Assembly: GCA_964354495.1 (NCBI GenBank)
Contig: CAYHAA010000001.1
Coordinates: 218,075-250,074 of the forward strand
From: an uncultured archaeon
GTDB taxonomy: Archaea; Asgardarchaeota; Thorarchaeia; Thorarchaeales; Thorarchaeaceae
Reading direction: 5' to 3'
Length of the DNA: 32,000 nt
Part shown: positions 26,099 to 32,000 of the stretch, in pieces
Numbering within the stretch: the first letter of the stretch is position 1
Layout: each line of letters opens with the position of its first letter
The notes under the pieces: generated by a model
What the model saw: only the letters and a program-made list of their open reading frames with translations
Database searches by the model: none
Told to the model about the DNA's origin: nothing
Made by a program: the position numbers and the translations under genes

Positions 26099-26782
26099 TC
26101 ATGTTGTAAGAAGCAGTGCATTCCTCTCTTTCCCGACAACATGCAATACTCCCATTTTCCGCAGGCAATATGCCATCTTCTGAGCTATTCGTTTGGAGAT
26201 TCCTGATGCTTCAGCAAGCTGACTTGTAGTGAAGGGTCTGTGCAGGGTGTCTGGAATGAGGTGGAGGAAGTCAGAAGGTCGTCTGTACAGGCGTCGTTCT
26301 ATTACGTCGAGGAGCCTCCTATCAATGCTACTCCAACCTCTTCTTCTCCAGCTCCCCTTGCCATCCTGTCTTCGTATCTCCTCCTCGCGTATGAGGATGA
26401 CTTCCAGGGAGAAGTTCTTGTGAAGGAAAAAGGTCGGAATACTCACAAGTTCTTCGAAGACGTCCGCATATCCTAGTCGTCTTGGAGAGCGCCTTCTGCT
26501 TAGCTCACTCTCACCCTCAGGGCTTTGGCGAACAACCCATTTCTCGACTGCTATTGGATACACAAGCCTTATCGCGTGGTTCTTCATAAGCGCAAGGAGC
26601 TTGCCTTTGATTGCGGCGAAACTCCTTGTCTGTATCTCTATGAAGAGATCATCTTTTACTACATCGACGAAAAACCCATCTACTGCCACTTCTACCTGAG
26701 TCCCGGAATCCTCATAGAGATGCTTTATTGCTGCGTGGAGTGACCGTTCCTGTAGTGTCCCGATGCCGCCTCCGTTCTCCAT
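26099..26782 (-). CDS. Hypothetical PD-(D/E)xK nuclease-like protein with C-terminal wHTH
   Basis: E..LH, VD(V)...IEIQT motif arrangement; C-terminal FTTSQLAEASGISKRIAQKMAYCLRKMG helix-turn-helix. ATG 26782 preferred; ORF track starts at 26836. Confidence 0.7.
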   Translation of the reverse strand: MENGGGIGTLQERSLHAAIKHLYEDSGTQVEVAVDGFFVDVVKDDLFIEIQTRSFAAIKGKLLALMKNHAIRLVYPIAVEKWVVRQSPEGESELSRRRSPRRLGYADVFEELVSIPTFFLHKNFSLEVILIREEEIRRQDGKGSWRRRGWSSIDRRLLDVIERRLYRRPSDFLHLIPDTLHRPFTTSQLAEASGISKRIAQKMAYCLRKMGVLHVVGKERNALLLTT

Positions 26783-26842
26783 GAGTTGAATCCAGCCCAT
26801 TTGCTTATTGATGGTTCTATAACGTGGCCAATACACAACGTT

Positions 26843-27304
26843 CTACAAATGACGGGTCCAAATCACTGCATCATCATGAGGGTAGAGACGAGGTATCTTG
26901 GCAACCTCTGAGAATCCAGTCCGAGAATAGAACTTCCTTGCACGTTCGTTCTTTCTCTCCATGAACAAGATGATGGTTCTGAGTGTGTAGCCGCGATCAG
27001 AGTAGAACTGCGAAGCGTCAGTGATCATCATCTCAACCAACTTCCTTGCTATACCCTTTCGCTGATAGGCTGAATTGACACCAAGCCCAACGAGCTCCAC
27101 GACGCCATCATCATACCCCCCTCTAGCATCCCATGTGAGTGTTCCACAGAGATGTCCATCGTGCAGAGCAAGCAATGTCCTGAATCTAGTAGTCAGTTGT
27201 TCTGCGAAAACTGCGGCACGTTCAGTGTGGTTCTCGATTTCGGATAGATACATCTCCTTCAGGCTGCCGATGTCTGCATGCGTTGCTGGTCTCATCTCTA
27301 GCAT
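26843..27304 (-). CDS. GNAT-family N-acetyltransferase
   Basis: Motif A LGVNSAYQRKGIARKL, motif B NERARKFYSRTGF. Confidence 0.9.
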   Translation of the reverse strand: MLEMRPATHADIGSLKEMYLSEIENHTERAAVFAEQLTTRFRTLLALHDGHLCGTLTWDARGGYDDGVVELVGLGVNSAYQRKGIARKLVEMMITDASQFYSDRGYTLRTIILFMERKNERARKFYSRTGFSEVAKIPRLYPHDDAVIWTRHL

Positions 27305-27352
27305 TGCGAAGCAGAATGCAGGGTCACCATGATTTGTACTTGCTGGCTGAGC

Positions 27353-28132
27353 CTACTCAATAATGATGACAGCATCCACGAATAGTTCGTAGTCTTCATT
27401 CTCATCGAGGTTTCGAATGAGAGCCTTCTCGACCTCGATCTCTCCGTGTATCTCGAGGAGCCTTGATTGATACAAGACCTTGACAGAGGAAGCTGCGAGC
27501 TTCTCTGCGAGCTCTGGATTAAGAACAAGAGTTTCATCTGGCGTGAGAAGAATGACCCGTCCTGAGACCTCTGTCAGTTTGATTGCTGTTTCGACCGACT
27601 TATCACCAGAATAGAGAACCAGAGTTCTTCGACTCTCGAACTCCTCTAGATTGTCAACGTTCAGATAGACACCCTTGTTGAGGAACTCATCTTTTCCGAT
27701 GAGGCATTCGATTTCTTCTTCTACCTTCTCGTGTTCGTCTGGCACTACCTCTCCTCTAGCCTTTCTGTAGCTCTTGATTGCTTCGTGAAGAGCGTCTGCT
27801 GCAAGATTCGAGCAGTGCATTTTGATTGGTGGAAGTCCATCCAATTCATCTGCGACGTCCTGGCGAGTCAACTCCATTGCCTCGTCCAGCGTCATGCCTT
27901 TGACCATCTCGGTCGTCATGCTGGTAGTTGCAATGGCTGAGCCGCACCCAAAAGTTCTGAACTTGGCGTCGGTAATCTTGTCCCCGTCAATTCGGATGAA
28001 GACCTCCATGATGTCTCCACATGTGGGATTGCCAACCTTCCCGACCGCAACATCAGGACCTTCAAGCGTTCCTACGTTCCTTGGATTCCGGAAGTGGTCC
28101 AGAACCTTCTCGCTGTATTTTGTTGATTTCAT
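27353..28132 (-). CDS. iscU: IscU/NifU-type Fe-S scaffold fused to a degenerate TrxR-like Rossmann domain
   Basis: YSEKVLDHFRNPRNVG, CGD (C38), FGCGSA (C63), KMHC (C107); extra ~120-aa C-terminal domain. Confidence 0.93.
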   Translation of the reverse strand: MKSTKYSEKVLDHFRNPRNVGTLEGPDVAVGKVGNPTCGDIMEVFIRIDGDKITDAKFRTFGCGSAIATTSMTTEMVKGMTLDEAMELTRQDVADELDGLPPIKMHCSNLAADALHEAIKSYRKARGEVVPDEHEKVEEEIECLIGKDEFLNKGVYLNVDNLEEFESRRTLVLYSGDKSVETAIKLTEVSGRVILLTPDETLVLNPELAEKLAASSVKVLYQSRLLEIHGEIEVEKALIRNLDENEDYELFVDAVIIIE

Positions 28133-28144
28133 CTATTTTATCTC

Positions 28145-29308
28145 CTACTTGGGTTTGTAAATCGGAGATAGCTTTCGAAGCCGTGCGATTATTTCTGGCA
28201 CTGCCTCAAGAACGCTATCTATGTCTTGATCGGTATTGAATCTTCCAGTAGTGACTTGTAGCGAGCCGTGTGCCTCCTCATGCAAGAGACCCGTTGCGAT
28301 GAGGGTATGAGAGGGCTCGAGTGTCTTCGACGTGCATGCTGAGCCTGTAGAGATTGCTATGCCCTTGTCCTTGAAAGATAAGAGGATTGACTCTCCTTCA
28401 ACCCCATCGAATCTGACATGAGTGTTGCTTGCAAGTCGTTCTGTCGGATGACCATTGAGGTGACTGTCGGGAACCTCCTGAAGAATGTGTTTTATCATCC
28501 TGTCCCGGTACGCTGCGAAGCGTTTGACCTCCTTAGGCATCTCTTTTCTCATGATCTCCGCCGCAATCTTCATGCCCACGATTCCGGGCACATCTTCGCT
28601 CCCAGATCTGAGTCCCTGTTCCTGTCCACCGCCAATGATGATGGGGTTCACTCTGAATTTCTTTCTCATGTACAGAGCTCCAACACCTTTCGGACCATAG
28701 AGATCGTTTGAAGACAGCGCCATCAGATGAACACCGTCACGTTTCACGTCAATGGGAATCAATCCCTCGGCAGCTACGGCGTCTGAATGAAACGCAATCC
28801 CTCTCTCCTCCGCGAGTTTTCCTATCTCTCGTACTGGCTGAATCGTCCCAATCTCATTACTCGCGTAGCCCACAGAGATGAGAATCGTCTTGTCACTAAT
28901 CCTCTGCTCAAGTTTTCTGATGTTGACTTGACCATACTGATCTACTGGAACCCTTGACACCTCGAACCCGGAGCGTTCGAGATGCTTGGCGATGTTATGT
29001 ATCGATATGTGTTCAACCTCGGATATGATGATATGGTTGCCTTTCTTTTGGTTCCTCAGAGCGTACCCGATTATTCCCATATTAATCGCTTCAGTAGCGC
29101 CCGAGGTGAAGATTATCTCGTCCTCGTCTGCATTGATGAATTGAGCTATCTTTCTCCTGCTCTCTTCAAGCGCCTCAGTACCTTCATCTCCGATACTGTG
29201 TAAGGCTGATGGATTTCCATACTTCTCACTGAAGTACGGTAACATACCCTCGACCACACGAGGGTCTACCGGTTTTGCACTCTGATAATCAAGATACACC
29301 TGCTTCAT
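28145..29308 (-). CDS. iscS: Cysteine desulfurase (IscS/NifS group I)
   Basis: YLDYQS, FTSGATE, HSDAV, catalytic STGSACTS; 12 nt upstream of iscU. Confidence 0.95.
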   Translation of the reverse strand: MKQVYLDYQSAKPVDPRVVEGMLPYFSEKYGNPSALHSIGDEGTEALEESRRKIAQFINADEDEIIFTSGATEAINMGIIGYALRNQKKGNHIIISEVEHISIHNIAKHLERSGFEVSRVPVDQYGQVNIRKLEQRISDKTILISVGYASNEIGTIQPVREIGKLAEERGIAFHSDAVAAEGLIPIDVKRDGVHLMALSSNDLYGPKGVGALYMRKKFRVNPIIIGGGQEQGLRSGSEDVPGIVGMKIAAEIMRKEMPKEVKRFAAYRDRMIKHILQEVPDSHLNGHPTERLASNTHVRFDGVEGESILLSFKDKGIAISTGSACTSKTLEPSHTLIATGLLHEEAHGSLQVTTGRFNTDQDIDSVLEAVPEIIARLRKLSPIYKPK

Positions 29309-29350
29309 ATGACCTCATCCTCAAACATTGCTGCACGAACTAGTGCCTGG

Positions 29351-29605
29351 CTACCCTTTCCTTCGTCGTACGAGTATTTTCTGGACTCCATCGGGGAGTC
29401 TGCGAACACTGATGAGTTCATGACCCGTTCTTCTGCAGAATCTCTTGATATCTTCCTCTGCGGCTGGATCATCTGCGAGGACTTCGAGGACTTGGCCCGG
29501 TTTGATACTCTCTATAGCCTGCTTGGTCTGGAAAAGTGGCTGAGGACAAAAGAGCCCCACACAGTCTAAAGTTTCGTCTGCTTTCACTTCTGACACTGAC
29601 ATCAC
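29351..29605 (-). CDS. tusA: TusA/SirA sulfur-carrier protein
   Basis: LDCVGLFCPQP, GQVLEVLADDPAAEEDI. Confidence 0.92.
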   Translation of the reverse strand: MMSVSEVKADETLDCVGLFCPQPLFQTKQAIESIKPGQVLEVLADDPAAEEDIKRFCRRTGHELISVRRLPDGVQKILVRRRKG

Positions 29606-29741
29606 CTGTCTACAACGAGTACACTATTGTTAATTTCACTTATAAAACTATTCATGGATTCAGCGTAGACTTGAGACATTTGAGCTTCTTTTTATGTAGG
29701 TTTTCGACCCTCCCACCAATCTCTACAGAGCAGGTGAAAGA

Positions 29742-30851
29742 ATGGTCAAGACAAGTCGGGCTGCTGTGGTCGCTAAACCAAACGCTCCAATAGCAATTGA
29801 AGAATTCGAGATTCCTAAACTCACTCCGGGTGCAGTACTTCTGAAGGTCGCCAATGCTGGAGTCTGCGGTACAGATGTTCACCTATGGCATGGGCGGCTA
29901 GCTGGCGTACCATATCCTCTCATTCTTGGGCACGAAGTTGTTGGAACAATCGAGGCAATCGGCCAAAAGGCGGTGAAGGATCTCGACGGGAATGAGCTGA
30001 AGGTTGGAGACAGAGTCACCTTCCATGATGTCTATGATACGTGCTACAAGTGTTGGAATTGTCTCATCGCCAAAGCGCCAACAAAGTGTACAAATAGAAG
30101 AGTCTACGGAATTACAATGGACTCTCAGAAGCCTCCCTATCTCATAGGTGGTTACAGTGAGTTTGTGTATCTCTCCCCTGGGACTCATATCATCAAGATA
30201 CCTGACCATGTGAGCTTTGACGGAGCAAGTGCGGTGGGCTGCGCAATGCCGACTGCAGTTCACACGGTGCTCCGAAGCCCTCTCCAGTGGGGGATGAATG
30301 TAGCAATCCAAGGAGCAGGTCCAGTAGGTCTGATGATTGCCGTTCTCGCCAAAATCAGTGGTGCCTCGACTATTACAGTGCTGGATCAAGCAAAGAATCG
30401 ATTAGAGCTCGCGAAGAAGTTTGGAGTCACGCACACTCTCAACATCGGAGAGACCACCTTAGAAGAAAGAAAACATGCATTGATAGACATCGGGGGTGGA
30501 CATGGTCCCGATATAGTGTACGAGGCAACGGGAAACGCCCGTGCAATCCCCGAGGGTATCGAGTTGGTAAGAGAGGGAGGTGCTTACACGATCTGTGGGC
30601 AATACACTGATAGTGGAACTGTCGAGATCAATCCGCATCTGATGAATAAGAAGCATCTTGAAATCAAGACAGTCTGGGGTTCCGAAACCCTCCATGTCTA
30701 CAAGGGCGTCAAGACAATTGCTGACAACTATAACAGATTCCCATTCGACTCTCTGGTCACACACAAGTTTGACCTAGATGATGCACAAAAAGCTCTGGAG
30801 GCTCAAGAGAGCCATGTGTCTCTAAAGGCTGTCATTCAACCAAATCGCTAG
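29742..30851 (+). CDS. Zn-dependent alcohol dehydrogenase (MDR superfamily)
   Basis: GVCGTDVH, GHE, structural Zn C-x2-C-x2-C-x7-C, GAGPVG. Confidence 0.93.
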   Translation: MVKTSRAAVVAKPNAPIAIEEFEIPKLTPGAVLLKVANAGVCGTDVHLWHGRLAGVPYPLILGHEVVGTIEAIGQKAVKDLDGNELKVGDRVTFHDVYDTCYKCWNCLIAKAPTKCTNRRVYGITMDSQKPPYLIGGYSEFVYLSPGTHIIKIPDHVSFDGASAVGCAMPTAVHTVLRSPLQWGMNVAIQGAGPVGLMIAVLAKISGASTITVLDQAKNRLELAKKFGVTHTLNIGETTLEERKHALIDIGGGHGPDIVYEATGNARAIPEGIELVREGGAYTICGQYTDSGTVEINPHLMNKKHLEIKTVWGSETLHVYKGVKTIADNYNRFPFDSLVTHKFDLDDAQKALEAQESHVSLKAVIQPNR

Positions 30852-30870
30852 GATCTACGGACGTGTTTCT

Positions 30871-32000
30871 ATGCCATCAACGCTCGAGCGGACAAAGTGC
30901 GAACAAGCTTCCGGACTCCTGAAAGAGCTTGATCTCGACTGCTGGCTCGTGTGGGTCCGAGAGACCTCACAGATGGCAGATCCCGTACTGGCTCTGGTCT
31001 TGGGAGGCGACTTGGTATGGCAGTCTGCTCTCATTTTTGCGAGATCAGGTGAGAAACTCGCCATCGTTGGCAACTTTGACGCAGGAGACCTCGAAGCGCG
31101 AGGAATCTATGACCAGGTCATCCCATATACCAAAGGAATGAAGGATGCCTTGGTGGCTGAATTGAATCGCATCAATCCACAACAGATTGGCATCAACTTC
31201 AGTACTGATGATGTCTCAGCAGATGGCATGACTTTGGGAATGCACCTGCTTCTGAAGGACTATCTCAAAGAGACCCCGTATATCGACAGGCTTGTTTCAG
31301 CCGAGAGGCTTGTTCAATGCTTACGAGGTAGAAAGACTGCTGAAGAGGTTAGCCTTGTGCAGAAGGCTGTAAGCATCACAGAAGAGATATTTCAGAGAGC
31401 CGAGCGCTTTGTGAGACCCGGCCAGACTGAACTCGAGATCTATAGCTTCTTCCATGATGAGATGAAGAAACACAATGTGACAAATGCATGGAATGAAGAT
31501 CATAATCCCGCGGTCGATGCTGGCCCGAACAAGCAATTCGGGCATGCTGGGCCTACTGACAATATCACCAAGTCCGGCCATCTGCTTCATTTTGACTTCG
31601 GGGTTCGTCACGGAGGATATTGCTCTGATATCCAGAGAATGTTCTTCTTCGGGACTACGAAGGACATTCCATCTGAAATTCGTGATGCATTTGCAGCTGT
31701 TCGCGGCGCAATAATCGTGTCTTCCAAGTTCCTAAGACCCGGTAGACTTGGCTACGAGGTCGATGCAATTGCGCGGGACTTTGTGACAGCTGCTGGATAT
31801 GAGGAGTATCAGCATGCCTTGGGGCATCAGATTGGTAGGCACGCGCATGATGGCGGTGTTCTCCTGGGCCCCCAATGGGAGAGATACGGCGAATCTGTCA
31901 TGGGTCCTGTTGAAGCAGGCAACATATTCACTCTGGAACTATATGTTACAACCAGAGACTATGGTCAGGTCAGTCTTGAGGAAGATGTCTTGGCCACGAA
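30871..32000 (+). CDS. M24-family (Xaa-Pro) aminopeptidase, runs off the window end
   Basis: Manual translation from ATG 30871 (MPSTLERTKCEQASGLLKELDLDCWLVWVRET...); metal ligands HFDFG...YCSDIQR, HALGHQIG..AHD, TLE, LEED. Not in the ORF track. Confidence 0.92.
   Translation, partial: MPSTLERTKCEQASGLLKELDLDCWLVWVRETSQMADPVLALVLGGDLVWQSALIFARSGEKLAIVGNFDAGDLEARGIYDQVIPYTKGMKDALVAELNRINPQQIGINFSTDDVSADGMTLGMHLLLKDYLKETPYIDRLVSAERLVQCLRGRKTAEEVSLVQKAVSITEEIFQRAERFVRPGQTELEIYSFFHDEMKKHNVTNAWNEDHNPAVDAGPNKQFGHAGPTDNITKSGHLLHFDFGVRHGGYCSDIQRMFFFGTTKDIPSEIRDAFAAVRGAIIVSSKFLRPGRLGYEVDAIARDFVTAAGYEEYQHALGHQIGRHAHDGGVLLGPQWERYGESVMGPVEAGNIFTLELYVTTRDYGQVSLEEDVLAT

Noticed and set aside
1-32000. CRISPR arrays, tRNA/rRNA genes, transposases or integrases
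   Set aside because: No regularly spaced repeats, cloverleaf or T-loop motifs, or recombinase ORFs seen by eye; tRNAscan-SE and Infernal would be the decisive check.

Overview
Gene-dense archaeal window, about 50% GC by spot counts. It most likely comes from an Asgard archaeon, probably Thorarchaeia; this is inferred from a Rab-like GTPase, a roadblock protein and a diphthamide-less EF-2 paralog. Left end: a Rab-like GTPase cut by the window edge (absent from the ORF track) lies divergent from roadblock, thioredoxin, KaiC-like ATPase, degenerate KaiC-like ATPase and a TPR-like protein. Next is a minus-strand run of thyA, a Cys-tailed Lrp, a WbpD-like acetyltransferase and the EF-2 paralog, divergent from an nrdH-like redoxin and nrdD. 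About 12.3-21 kb is accessory-looking: a low-GC LLM oxidoreductase, two decayed genes, membrane proteins and a tandem pair of beta-helix surface proteins. The right part holds a flavodoxin-like gene, pspC, a sulfite-oxidase-fold glycoprotein, a trans-sulfuration lyase, a tusA-iscS-iscU operon, a Zn alcohol dehydrogenase and a truncated M24 peptidase. The two best novelty candidates are (1) a CxxC thioredoxin with a KaiB-like core translationally coupled to a split KaiC-like pair, next to a Rab/roadblock GTPase switch, and (2) IscU fused to a catalytically degenerate thioredoxin-reductase NADPH domain. No rRNA, tRNA, CRISPR array or transposase was seen. All family assignments and alignments are by eye and from memory; no searches were run.
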